From contig CALVBV010000001.1 in NCBI GenBank assembly GCA_944325815.1, forward strand, positions 2,318 through 66,317: 64,000 bases of DNA, in the 5' to 3' direction. Positions 23,810 through 32,834 of this stretch are shown in pieces. Position 1 is the first letter of the stretch, and the number at the start of each line of letters is the position of its first letter. Below the pieces are notes generated by a model. It had not been told where the DNA came from. It saw nothing but the letters and a program-made list of their open reading frames with translations, and made no database searches. Source of the stretch: Candidatus Gastranaerophilales bacterium (lineage in GTDB: Bacteria > Cyanobacteriota > Vampirovibrionia > Gastranaerophilales > Gastranaerophilaceae). A program made the translations under genes and the position numbers.

Positions 23810-25270
23810 TTATTTATTTGTCAACTTCCTTGCATAAATCACTGTCCAAGATGCTACTTTTGCGTATTTAAATTCACTAAACCCGTCATTTAATGCTTTT
23901 ATCAATGAATTTTTTATATGAGAAAACGTCAAGAACATCTCCGGAATTTTTGGATTATTTTTATTTTTGTTTATAAAATCATCATCAAAAAAACTCACAC
24001 TATCAAGAAAGACAACTGCTACGGTTTCTCCGGCTGGAATATCATCAAATATTTTAGCAGGATTGTCTTTATAATCATAGCGGTTATTTTTATATATTGC
24101 ATAAAGATGCTTACCCTCAAAATTTGCATAACGTTCAAATCTTTTGGGTTCATAGTATGTAAAAACGATATTTTGAGCGTTATACCGGTTAAGAATTTCC
24201 CCGGGGATTCTGTGTCCTTCCGAACGAAACTGTTTTGTTACATAGTAGGGAGAGAAAAAAGATGCTGTATGTAATAGAACAAAAAGCGATAAAAAAATTA
24301 TCCCGGATTTTCCTGTATCAGCGTACCCTATTGCGGTAGTGAGAATGACAATCGGCAGAATTTCCATTGCGTACTTTGTAATAAACACCAGATTCCCGCT
24401 AAGCGCAAGCAGTGACATAATTAAAATTGTCATAAACACGAGGATATTAAGAGGGAGGGTTTTTCTCAACCCGGTCAAATACCCGGCAAGCCCTATAAAC
24501 AAAGGAATCGTCATCCATAACACTAAATTTTTATTATAAAAGAACACCGGAGGCGCATTAACATTATTTGTCAATATCGGCGAGAAAAAATCGCTAAACA
24601 GAAAAAGTATATTAGTATAGCTAAAGTGCCCCCACCATTGAGACATTGGAAGCATTCTAAATATATTAATACCGAAATAACAGACAATCGGGATTAATAC
24701 AAGTATGCTTAAAATTACAGACTTTGAAAATTTTTTCTTCTTATAAAAAACATATATCAGGTTAAAAAACACATAAATCACTCCCAGCACATGGGTTGAG
24801 AGTATAAGAATATTAGATATAATATATCCGCATAAGTTTATTTTATACGATTTTTTCACAAAGCGTATAGTAAACAGCAGTGACAAAGCGGAAAATAAAA
24901 ACAACAGCGAGTAGAATCGAACTTCTTGTGAATAATAAACGAGAAATGACAATACCGCAGTAATTGCAGAGGCCATATATCCGGTCTTTTTGGAGTATTC
25001 TCTTCCGGCAAGATACATAACAGGGATTGCATTTACACCCGGAAGAACTGATGTCAGCCTTAACACTAAATCAGAACAATGTGCAAACGGCTTTAAGTAT
25101 AAATAGTAAAGAGGCATGTGGCATTGTTTTAGGACTTCCTGCCAGAATCCCTGATTAAACGGCACCGAGGAGACAAACCAGCTTACATACTCGTCATTCC
25201 ATAGCCCCTCCGCCTTATTTATAAAACTCAGTCTCAACAGCAGCCCAAATACTGTAATAAAAAATAACAA
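23810..25270 (-). CDS. Polytopic membrane glycosyltransferase of the ArnT/PMT (GT39/GT83-like) type
   Basis: The N-terminus FGLLLRLSFINKAEGLWNDEY is followed by more than 10 hydrophobic helices. The start is a TTG. Confidence 0.7.
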   Translation of the reverse strand: MLFFITVFGLLLRLSFINKAEGLWNDEYVSWFVSSVPFNQGFWQEVLKQCHMPLYYLYLKPFAHCSDLVLRLTSVLPGVNAIPVMYLAGREYSKKTGYMASAITAVLSFLVYYSQEVRFYSLLFLFSALSLLFTIRFVKKSYKINLCGYIISNILILSTHVLGVIYVFFNLIYVFYKKKKFSKSVILSILVLIPIVCYFGINIFRMLPMSQWWGHFSYTNILFLFSDFFSPILTNNVNAPPVFFYNKNLVLWMTIPLFIGLAGYLTGLRKTLPLNILVFMTILIMSLLALSGNLVFITKYAMEILPIVILTTAIGYADTGKSGIIFLSLFVLLHTASFFSPYYVTKQFRSEGHRIPGEILNRYNAQNIVFTYYEPKRFERYANFEGKHLYAIYKNNRYDYKDNPAKIFDDIPAGETVAVVFLDSVSFFDDDFINKNKNNPKIPEMFLTFSHIKNSLIKALNDGFSEFKYAKVASWTVIYARKLTNK

Positions 25271-25310
25271 TTACTTGCCCCCTCTAACCAGTTTATATAT
25301 AATATTTTAC

Positions 25311-26252
25311 ATGACAAAGCTTATTATTCAAATACCTTGTTACAATGAAGAGGGACAAATTTCGCGTACTCTTAGCGATTTACCTAATCGTATTTCGGGT
25401 ATTGATGAAATAGAAATACTTGTCATAAATGACGGTTCTACGGACAATTCTGCAGAAATAGCCCGCCGGCACGGTGCATCAGTAATTAACATCAAACCGA
25501 ATAAAGGTCTTGCTAACGCATTCCGCACCGGCCTTGCCGAGAGTTTAAAGCGCGGGGCAGATATTATAGTTAACACGGACGCGGATAACCAATACTGCGC
25601 AGAGGATATAGAAAAAATCGTTAAACCGCTGCTGGACAATGAAGCAGATATAGTAATCGGTTCCCGTGATATTTTGTCAATACAGGAATTTACCCCTCTC
25701 AAGAAAATTCTGCAAAAGTTTGGCTCAGCTGTATTAAGACTTCTTTCTTCCGCACCGGTGGAAGATGCGCCGAGCGGTTTCAGAGCCTTTTCCAAAGAGG
25801 CAGCTATCAGACTGAATGTGTTTGATAATTATACTTACACAATGGAAACCCTTCTACAGGCAAATGCAAAAGGTTTAAGAGTCATTTCGGTTCCTATCCG
25901 GGTCAATAAAATGTTAAGGGAATCAAAACTTGTCAAAAACATATTTGATTATGTGTATAAATCTGCAAAAACAACCATCCGAATGTTTATAGTATACAGA
26001 CCTTTTCGATTTTTTATAACCATAGCCGGCATTTTAGGGTTATTAGGTGCATTGCTTGGATTTCGGTTTCTATATTACTATATAACAGGAAACGGAAACG
26101 GGCATATTCAGTCCTTAATTTTAGCATCGGTATTTCTTCTATCCTCAGTCCAGCTTGGAATTATTGCAATAATAGGGGATTTGCTTTCTATAAACAGAAA
26201 ACTTCTTGAAGATATTCAAACCCGGGTTAAAAAAATAGAGCTTGAAAAATAA
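25311..26252 (+). CDS. GT2 polyprenyl-phosphate glycosyltransferase (ArnC/DPM1-like) with C-terminal TM helices
   Basis: IIQIPCYNEE, VINDGSTDNS and NTDADNQY are present, with two C-terminal TM segments. The start is placed at ATG 25311. Confidence 0.8.
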   Translation: MTKLIIQIPCYNEEGQISRTLSDLPNRISGIDEIEILVINDGSTDNSAEIARRHGASVINIKPNKGLANAFRTGLAESLKRGADIIVNTDADNQYCAEDIEKIVKPLLDNEADIVIGSRDILSIQEFTPLKKILQKFGSAVLRLLSSAPVEDAPSGFRAFSKEAAIRLNVFDNYTYTMETLLQANAKGLRVISVPIRVNKMLRESKLVKNIFDYVYKSAKTTIRMFIVYRPFRFFITIAGILGLLGALLGFRFLYYYITGNGNGHIQSLILASVFLLSSVQLGIIAIIGDLLSINRKLLEDIQTRVKKIELEK

Positions 26253-26273
26253 AAAACCGCTTATTCAAAGCGG
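26251..26273 (-). terminator. Intrinsic terminator for the 374-aa coiled-coil gene
   Basis: On the minus strand, CCGCTT-tgaat-AAGCGG is followed by T6. It also sits just after the stop of the convergent GT2 gene. Confidence 0.55.
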
Positions 26274-26327
26274 CTAATAAAGAAAAAGGGAAATAAAGGG
26301 AATATTTAGTTTAAGGGAATCTTATTT

Positions 26328-27452
26328 TTAGCTAAAGATACCGAAAGTTCTTTCAATATTGTCGTCACGAACCTGTTTTATAGAATCTATTTCTGTTGTA
26401 ATAGAAGTTCTCTCTGTTTCAAGTTTGCTTAAATCCTGGTCATACTTGGTATCTTTTGCATTAATTTTATCTAATTCATGTTCATATTCAGCTTCTGCTT
26501 TTTTCAAATCAGTTTCATCCTGCACTTCCTGCAGGTTATTTTCATTGGTACTAGTCGCAACACTGGTTTCAACCCATTCTTTTTTATTTGTATTATAGAC
26601 GCTTATGATTACCCTGCCGGCATCAACCATTTGGTTAAACCATTCGTTGCCTTCTTTTCCGGATTCGCACTGCGGCTCAATAACTTGGCATCCGCCGGAG
26701 GCGTTAATCTGTTCCCAAAGATTCAGGTAGTAATTAAATTCGTTTTTAACCTCATCCCAGGTCGTAGTGTAATCTAGCTCGTCTGCGGCGATGACATTTT
26801 CCTTATCATCTTTTTTATTATATTTCATGTATTCATAAATTTCGTTTGCATAGCTGTCGTATAACAAATCTCTAAAAGCCTGTAGAGCTTCTCTTTTATC
26901 AGCAGATGTTTCGGCATTTTCCAAATCTTCATAAGCAGCGGTGAGTTTATCATCATCCTGATGTTCATTAAACACGATTTCTTCGCACTCAGTCATATAC
27001 AAATCAGGCTGCTCTACGTCGGAATAACTTGTTGAAATACCAACAAACATTCCGTCTTTATCTTCGTCCCAGCTAAAATTATCATCCATCCCCATCATCG
27101 CGTAGGCAAAGCAATACTTATCATTGCCGTAACCTTCGTATATTTTTGCGGTGAAATCATCGACAATAACTTTTCCTGTCTTAGAATCCGTAAGTGTATA
27201 CTGAGACATCCGGTTTTCGTTGTAGCCGAATAAAGTAGAAAAATTAGCATCTACGTATTTTGTTGATGCACCGTCGTTGAATCTTACCTGAATTTTAGTA
27301 GCGTCAAGGGCATCACAATAGTCTTGATACAGCTCATCTTTTTGAGTTGCCAAAGCTATTTTCTGGCTCATCAGATTTTGAGCTTTATACTCAACATCAT
27401 GGAGTCTGCTTGTAAGCGTTAATAATCTAGCTTGTGACGCTGCCATTCCCAT
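26328..27452 (-). CDS. Hypothetical coiled-coil protein with helical termini and an acidic, aromatic-rich core
   Basis: 374 aa. The N-terminus is MGMAASQARLLTLTSRLHDVEYKAQNLMSQKIALATQKDELYQDY and the C-terminus is EAEYEHELDKINAKDTKYDQDLSKLETERTSITTEIDSIKQVRDDNIERTFGIFS. I recognise no family. Confidence 0.7.
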   Translation of the reverse strand: MGMAASQARLLTLTSRLHDVEYKAQNLMSQKIALATQKDELYQDYCDALDATKIQVRFNDGASTKYVDANFSTLFGYNENRMSQYTLTDSKTGKVIVDDFTAKIYEGYGNDKYCFAYAMMGMDDNFSWDEDKDGMFVGISTSYSDVEQPDLYMTECEEIVFNEHQDDDKLTAAYEDLENAETSADKREALQAFRDLLYDSYANEIYEYMKYNKKDDKENVIAADELDYTTTWDEVKNEFNYYLNLWEQINASGGCQVIEPQCESGKEGNEWFNQMVDAGRVIISVYNTNKKEWVETSVATSTNENNLQEVQDETDLKKAEAEYEHELDKINAKDTKYDQDLSKLETERTSITTEIDSIKQVRDDNIERTFGIFS

Positions 27453-27494
27453 TTTTATAGATGTCCTTTATTGTTATTTCCCTGTATACTAAGT

Positions 27495-27522
27495 ATTACG
27501 GCAGATATTTGAAAAAACTTTA
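27495..27522 (-). promoter_or_regulatory. Sigma28 (FliA/SigD)-type promoter candidate: TAAAGTTT-N12-GCCGTAAT
   Basis: The minus strand reads TAAAGTTTTTTCAAATATCTGCCGTAAT. The consensus is TAAAGTTT-N11-GCCGATAA. It ends about 42 nt upstream of the ATG at 27452. Confidence 0.45.
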
Positions 27523-27540
27523 GACAAACAGAACAAATCG

Positions 27541-27668
27541 TTACAATTCTTAATAATAAATTCTCAATTACTCAACCACTTAATCACCTAGTCACTTCAT
27601 AAACGTACTCTTCACCCCTCACGCCATCATCACCCATCCCCAGCCCTTCCCTCATATAGGGAAGGGGG
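27541..27668 (-). repeat. Copy C of the mosaic repeat family, inverted relative to copy B, ending in the hairpin CCCTTCCCT-CATAT-AGGGAAGGG
   Basis: TCACTTCATAAACG..CTTCAC..CATCACCCATCCCCAGCCCTTCCCTCAT aligns to the reverse complement of 11124-11215 but carries fewer heptamers. The hairpin lies at 27644-27666. Confidence 0.75.
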
Positions 27669-27710
27669 CAGTTATCCCTCCCTTATGAGGGAGGTTAGGT
27701 GGGTGCCGGC

Positions 27711-27840
27711 TTTGGTTTAGAAGTTGATAAGTTTAGGAGTTGAGGAGAAGTTATAAATTCTTAGTCACTTGGTCACTTCTTTAACGCCCCCTTCACTCTT
27801 TACCATTTACCCCCCCCATCATTTACCCCCCCCCACCTGC
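27711..27840 (-). repeat. Copy D of the mosaic repeat family, ending in C8 and C9 tracts
   Basis: 27729-27796 matches the reverse complement of 11185-11252 at 62 of 68 positions. It is followed by TTTAC(8)ATCATTTAC(9). Confidence 0.8.
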
Positions 27841-27870
27841 TTCACACATAAAAACTATTCGTGTTATAAT
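27841..27870 (+). promoter_or_regulatory. Candidate sigma70 promoter with an extended -10 for the helicase gene
   Basis: TTCACA (27841-27846), an 18-nt spacer, then TGTTATAAT (27862-27870). This placement favours ATG 27896 (GAGGA 5 nt upstream) over ATG 27875 as the start. Confidence 0.4.
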
Positions 27871-27895
27871 ATTAATGAGAACAGCTGAGGATTTT

Positions 27896-30193
27896 ATGTA
27901 CGATTTTCCCTTTGAACTGGATGATTTTCAAAAAGAGGCTTGTGATTGCATATCAGATGGCAAGAGTGTTGTAGTATGTGCACCGACAGGGGCCGGAAAG
28001 ACTGTTATTGCAGAGCATGCAATACATTGTGCTCTCAAAGAAGGGAAAAAAGTCTTTTATACAACGCCTTTAAAAGCTCTTTCTAACCAGAAATACAACG
28101 ATTTTTCGGAAAAATACGGCTCTGAAAAAGTGGGTCTGCTTACAGGAGATACTTCAGTAAACAGAAGCGGGCAGATTGTTGTTATGACCACGGAAGTTTT
28201 CAGAAATATGCTGTACGGAACCAATTTTGGTTCTGTTACAGATAATCTTAAAGATGTAAAGTATATTATCCTGGATGAAGTTCACTATATGAACGATGAA
28301 CAAAGGGGCACTGTGTGGGAAGAAAGTATAATTTACTGTCCTACCAATGTTCAGATTATTGCACTTTCTGCAACAGTAGCAAATGCGGATAAATTAACAG
28401 AATGGATAAATACCGTACACTCTAAGACAGAACTTATTAACACAGATTTCAGGCCGGTACCTTTAAGGTATTATTATTTTGACTCATCCCAGCCTCACAC
28501 ATTATTACCGCTTCTAACTCCAAGCGGGGCTTTGAATAACAAAATCAAGCCTGAAAAGAAGGTTTTCCGGAGAGGAAAAGCCGTTCAAAAAAGAAATGCG
28601 GTTAAGGATGTTGTAAGAAATTTACAGGAAAAAGACATGCTTCCTGCGATATATTTTACATTTTCCCGCAAGAAATGCGATGAGCAGATGGAAAGCTGTG
28701 CTTCGTTATGCCTTGTTACACCAAGAGAACAGGAACAAATCCGGCAAATAATTGATGAATATATTGCAGAAAATCCGTATTTATATAAAAACAAACATAT
28801 TGAATATTTACTTCTGGGCGTAGCTTCTCACCACGCAGGCTTGCTTCCGGGCTGGAAAGTTCTTGTTGAAAAACTTTTCCAAAAAGGATTAATAAAAGTC
28901 GTTTTTGCAACAGAGACACTCGCAGCAGGGATTAATATGCCGGCAAGGTCTACGGTTATCAGTTCTATTACCAAAAGAACAGATAACGGGCATCGAACTC
29001 TTACCCCGAGTGAATTTTTGCAAATGTCCGGAAGGGCCGGAAGGCGCGGTATGGATGAGATTGGGTATGTAACCATTGTCGGTTCCCCGTTCCAGACACC
29101 GGAAGAAGTTGCGGAATTGGTTTTGAGCAAGGCAAATCCGCTGGAAAGTAAATTCTCCCCGAGCTACTCAATGGTTCTGAATCTGCTTCAGAGATTTTCT
29201 CTGGAAGAGGCAAAAGAACTTGTTCTAAAGAGCTTCGGGTATTATTCTTCAAATTCAAGAATAGAGCCGCTTCTTAATCTTAGAGAAGAGAATGAAGAAA
29301 AAATAAAAGAATGCAATGCTTTCGAGTGCTGGTGTAAAAAAACAAATGAGGATTTGTTGGAATATAATAAAATCCGCGAAATTTATGTCCAAAACAGAAG
29401 AGTATTTAAGACAATACAAAAACAGGAGAAAAAGAAAAACCGTCCTTTGACGCCGGAAGCAGCAGAATTTGGCCGACAGACAAAACAAATGCTAGAACGA
29501 ATGCACTCTTATGAGTGTGATACGTGTAAACTATTCAAAAAGCACATGAAAACGCTTGATATTTTAAACAGATATAAAGCTAAACAAAAGGCTTTAGATA
29601 AAGAAATTGAGAAGCAGAAAGATATTTTCTGGAACAAATTTCTTGCCCATAGAGCTGTGCTTATGGATTATGGATACATAAAAGATGATTATCCGACAGA
29701 GCGGGGAGTTACTATTTCGCAAATCCGCTCAGAGAATGAATTATTCCTTGCGCAGATAATTTTCTCAGGAGTTTTGGAAGGGCTTACGCCGGCAGAGCTT
29801 GCAAGCGTTATCTGTGCAATTACAACCGAAGATATGAGGGCGGATTTGTACTCACAGCTTCCGTTGTCAACTGTGGTCAGAAAACGGCTTAATAAGATAA
29901 AAGACATAAGACGCGAGTTGGATAAAAAACAGAAAAATCACGATGTTGAGGATCCTATGTATATAAACGGTTTTTATTCGCCGCTTATTGAAATGTGGGT
30001 CAATGGTTCTGAATGGGATGCTATTGTGGATGAGGTTGATATGGGAGAAGGAGATATTGTAAGAACATTTAAACGTGTAGTTGATGTTTTGAGACAATTC
30101 TGCACAATATCTAATATTCCGGAAGATTTGGTCTTTACGGCGCGGGAAGCAATTGATTTAATCCAGCGTAGCCCGATTGATATTGATGGTTAA
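27896..30193 (+). CDS. Ski2-like DEAD/DEAH-box RNA helicase with a C-terminal DSHCT-like domain
   Basis: FELDDFQ, APTGAGKT, ILDEVHYM, LSATV, HHAGLLP, FATETLAAGINMPA and QMSGRAGRRG are present. The long C-terminal domain is as in HelY/Mtr4-type helicases. Confidence 0.85.
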   Translation: MYDFPFELDDFQKEACDCISDGKSVVVCAPTGAGKTVIAEHAIHCALKEGKKVFYTTPLKALSNQKYNDFSEKYGSEKVGLLTGDTSVNRSGQIVVMTTEVFRNMLYGTNFGSVTDNLKDVKYIILDEVHYMNDEQRGTVWEESIIYCPTNVQIIALSATVANADKLTEWINTVHSKTELINTDFRPVPLRYYYFDSSQPHTLLPLLTPSGALNNKIKPEKKVFRRGKAVQKRNAVKDVVRNLQEKDMLPAIYFTFSRKKCDEQMESCASLCLVTPREQEQIRQIIDEYIAENPYLYKNKHIEYLLLGVASHHAGLLPGWKVLVEKLFQKGLIKVVFATETLAAGINMPARSTVISSITKRTDNGHRTLTPSEFLQMSGRAGRRGMDEIGYVTIVGSPFQTPEEVAELVLSKANPLESKFSPSYSMVLNLLQRFSLEEAKELVLKSFGYYSSNSRIEPLLNLREENEEKIKECNAFECWCKKTNEDLLEYNKIREIYVQNRRVFKTIQKQEKKKNRPLTPEAAEFGRQTKQMLERMHSYECDTCKLFKKHMKTLDILNRYKAKQKALDKEIEKQKDIFWNKFLAHRAVLMDYGYIKDDYPTERGVTISQIRSENELFLAQIIFSGVLEGLTPAELASVICAITTEDMRADLYSQLPLSTVVRKRLNKIKDIRRELDKKQKNHDVEDPMYINGFYSPLIEMWVNGSEWDAIVDEVDMGEGDIVRTFKRVVDVLRQFCTISNIPEDLVFTAREAIDLIQRSPIDIDG

Positions 30194-30258
30194 TACTTCT
30201 TAATATTATATTGAAACCCTTTTTTAATTCTAATAGAATACTAACAAAGGAGTTTATT

Positions 30259-30639
30259 ATGATAAAAATTACAGCAGTTGACAGGAAGGCAAATCCTGCT
30301 TATATTCTGCAAGGTCTTAGAACAAGTGCAAAAACATTGCGTAAACCGATTCCTGACGCAGCCAGAGATACATTAAAAATTTCGCCGAGAACAAAAAAAC
30401 TAAAAGATTTTGGTGCGCCCGGCTCAGATGAAGTCCCTACAGGTGAAGCAGCTGATAAAGAGTTTGCAACAACAAGAAAATGGATGGCGGCAGGTGCAAT
30501 AACCGGCGGAATTGTAGGTTCGTTTGTTCCGGTGGTCGGAACTGTTATAGGTGCTGTGGGCGGTGCGGCAGCAGGGGCTGTTGCCAGAGCCTTCTATTCT
30601 ATTGGCAAGGGAGTTGCTGAAATTTTTAAGGGAGATTAA
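30259..30639 (+). CDS. Small hypothetical protein with a C-terminal glycine-zipper membrane segment
   Basis: ATG 30259 follows AAGGAG. The C-terminus reads GAITGGIVGSFVPVVGTVIGAVGGAAAGAV. Confidence 0.55.
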   Translation: MIKITAVDRKANPAYILQGLRTSAKTLRKPIPDAARDTLKISPRTKKLKDFGAPGSDEVPTGEAADKEFATTRKWMAAGAITGGIVGSFVPVVGTVIGAVGGAAAGAVARAFYSIGKGVAEIFKGD

Positions 30640-30644
30640 TAATA

Positions 30645-31460
30645 TTATTCTAATTCTTTTTTTATAAAACTCTGCACAAATCCGGGCAGTGTTTTTAAGT
30701 TATCCATTGGGTTCTGCCTTAAAGTCATTGTGTTTGAATCTATAACGCCTGTAATCAATTTCACCATAACTTCAGGGAATAATTCGAGTCTTGATGTCGC
30801 AGCATAGCTGCCAATAGTTTCTTTTATAATTTTTTTTTGGCGTGAAGTAAATTTATCTTTTTCCAGCCATTTAATTTTTTCAAAGCCGTGCGGAAAGAAA
30901 AATTTATTATTATAAACTTCTTTTGCATAAGGGCATTTACCCTCATATCCGTTTTTATAGAAAATAAGATTCAGGTGAATATTATGCATCCATTCGTGCA
31001 GAATATGTGCTAAAAAATGGCTGCTGCTTGATTTGCTTTTTTTGCGGCCTAGTTCACTCAAATTATCAATATACTCAATATCATCGGGTTGGTTTTTAAA
31101 GAATACGGAACATAATTCAAACGGAGGTTCATTTTTCAGAACTTTATCAGTATCTGTTATACAAAAACCCAAACAGTTCTTTTCTACGGGTTCGATTAAT
31201 TCATCCGGCTCAAAGACTCTTATTCTCGGCGGCAAGTAATTAAGCGGCAGGCTAAACTTATTAAAAGCGTCCTGACAAAGGTTTAATATATAAGTAAAAC
31301 AAGACGCCAGGGCTTTGTTGTCAGCAAATTTTGCGTCTACACCGCAAACATCAAGCCATTGAGTTTCAAGCGCCTTGGTGTCTATAGTTTTGACTTCGTG
31401 TTTTATTGCTTCTGTAAGCCCGGATTGAAAATTTAATCCAGAAGAATTTTTTATTTTCAT
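30645..31460 (-). CDS. Hypothetical soluble protein with an HExxH motif (HEWMH)
   Basis: 271 aa with FLAHILHEWMHNIHLN. It has no TM helix. It is the last gene of the minus-strand run M16-M14-uppS. Confidence 0.55.
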   Translation of the reverse strand: MKIKNSSGLNFQSGLTEAIKHEVKTIDTKALETQWLDVCGVDAKFADNKALASCFTYILNLCQDAFNKFSLPLNYLPPRIRVFEPDELIEPVEKNCLGFCITDTDKVLKNEPPFELCSVFFKNQPDDIEYIDNLSELGRKKSKSSSSHFLAHILHEWMHNIHLNLIFYKNGYEGKCPYAKEVYNNKFFFPHGFEKIKWLEKDKFTSRQKKIIKETIGSYAATSRLELFPEVMVKLITGVIDSNTMTLRQNPMDNLKTLPGFVQSFIKKELE

Positions 31461-31532
31461 ATCAAAATGAAAACCTATAAAACAAAAATTTGCCTGTCAA
31501 TTTGAAAAATTTTCCAGAAAATTTGAAATCGG

Positions 31533-32237
31533 CTACCCTCCGTATCGGCGGTTTCTGCGGGCAAATTCTTTTACACATTCTGCGAGAGCTTCTTTATCAA
31601 ACTCAGGCCAGTATTTTTTCAGGACAATAAATTCCGAGTACGCAATCTGCCACAAAAGGTAGTTTGAAACTCTCATTTCTCCGCCGGTTCTTATGAGCAA
31701 ATCAGGGTCAGGAATATTTCTTGTATAAAGATGTTTAGAGATTGTTTCTTCTGTTATATCTTTTTCTCCGGAGGCAATAATTTCTCTTACAGCGTGTACA
31801 ATCTCATCGCGGGAACCGTAATTAAATGCAATCTGTAAATTTACCCCTGTATTATTTTTCGTTGTCTCGACAGAATCTGCAAGGATTTCCTGCAATTTAG
31901 GATTAAGCTTGGTTGTATCTCCGATAAAAGATATTACAACATTATTTTCATCCATTTCCTTTAATTCATTTTTTAAAGTCTGGGCAAGCAAATCCATCAG
32001 AAAGCTTACTTCTTCCGGTTTTCTGTTCCAGTTTTCGGTAGAAAAAGCGTAAACTGTTAGGTATTTTATCCCGAAATCATCACAAGCCTTCATCGCAGCC
32101 TTCAAAGAATCAACGCCTTTTTTATGCCCGACGGCTGACGGAAGTCCATGTTCTTTGGCCCATCTTCTGTTGCCGTCCATTATTATTGCAACGTGTTTTA
32201 AATCGCAATCTTTTACAATCTTTTTTATATCTTCCAT
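31533..32237 (-). CDS. uppS: Undecaprenyl diphosphate synthase (cis-prenyltransferase)
   Basis: HVAIIMDGNRRWA, YAFSTENWNRP-like (YAFSTENWNRK), RTGGEMRVSNYLLWQ and AYSEF are present. Confidence 0.9.
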   Translation of the reverse strand: MEDIKKIVKDCDLKHVAIIMDGNRRWAKEHGLPSAVGHKKGVDSLKAAMKACDDFGIKYLTVYAFSTENWNRKPEEVSFLMDLLAQTLKNELKEMDENNVVISFIGDTTKLNPKLQEILADSVETTKNNTGVNLQIAFNYGSRDEIVHAVREIIASGEKDITEETISKHLYTRNIPDPDLLIRTGGEMRVSNYLLWQIAYSEFIVLKKYWPEFDKEALAECVKEFARRNRRYGG

Positions 32238-32246
32238 TTTTTATCC

Positions 32247-32822
32247 TTAATATTCTTCAAGCATTTTAAAAATTTTAAAAACCGGCTCTTTGAGTAATTC
32301 TACATCAATCTCTTCATCTAATTCAAGTGTTATTGTCGGAATTTTTCTTTCAATACCTGCCCAGGTTCCGAAGCTTCCCGGGGTCGGATATCCTACAGAG
32401 GGTTCAACCGGGTAGTTTATAATTTCAGAGATTTTTCCCGCCAATTCCTTCGCATCTCCGTCATAATTTACAATTTTAAATGGCGCATGGAGAGTTAGAA
32501 TAACTTTGGGGTTATATTTTTCAACGGTTTCAATTACAAATTTTGTTTCCTTTTCGCTTGCCGGAGAATCTCCCCCAAAAAACTCGTTGCGTTCGGTAAG
32601 AATCCAGTTTTCGGTCGGGAAATTTCTGTTTAAATCAACACCATTTGCGTTAGTTCTGGTATTATTTTTAAACCCGTATTGATTCAGGCATGGGATAAAA
32701 AGAATACTTGTCTCCGGATTTTCTTTTAAATATTCTTCAATTAAACATTTCCCCTGCGGTTCGTCTCCGTGAAAACAACCGATTATGAGGACGTAAGGGT
32801 TTTTCTTGTTGCCTGTTAGCAT
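32247..32822 (-). CDS. M14-family zinc carboxypeptidase/amidase (MpaA-like murein peptide amidase)
   Basis: GCFHGDEPQG carries the HxxE zinc ligands. VDLNRNFP, ASEKET, TLHAP and TLELD are present. Confidence 0.7.
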   Translation of the reverse strand: MLTGNKKNPYVLIIGCFHGDEPQGKCLIEEYLKENPETSILFIPCLNQYGFKNNTRTNANGVDLNRNFPTENWILTERNEFFGGDSPASEKETKFVIETVEKYNPKVILTLHAPFKIVNYDGDAKELAGKISEIINYPVEPSVGYPTPGSFGTWAGIERKIPTITLELDEEIDVELLKEPVFKIFKMLEEY

Positions 32823-32834
32823 AAAATATCCTTA

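Noticed and set aside
26328-27452. The 374-aa coiled-coil protein as a bona fide flagellin
   Set aside because: It lacks the flagellin N-terminal signature (LSSGxRIN..DDAAG) and the C-terminal flagellin motif. Only the overall architecture and the sigma28-like promoter are suggestive.
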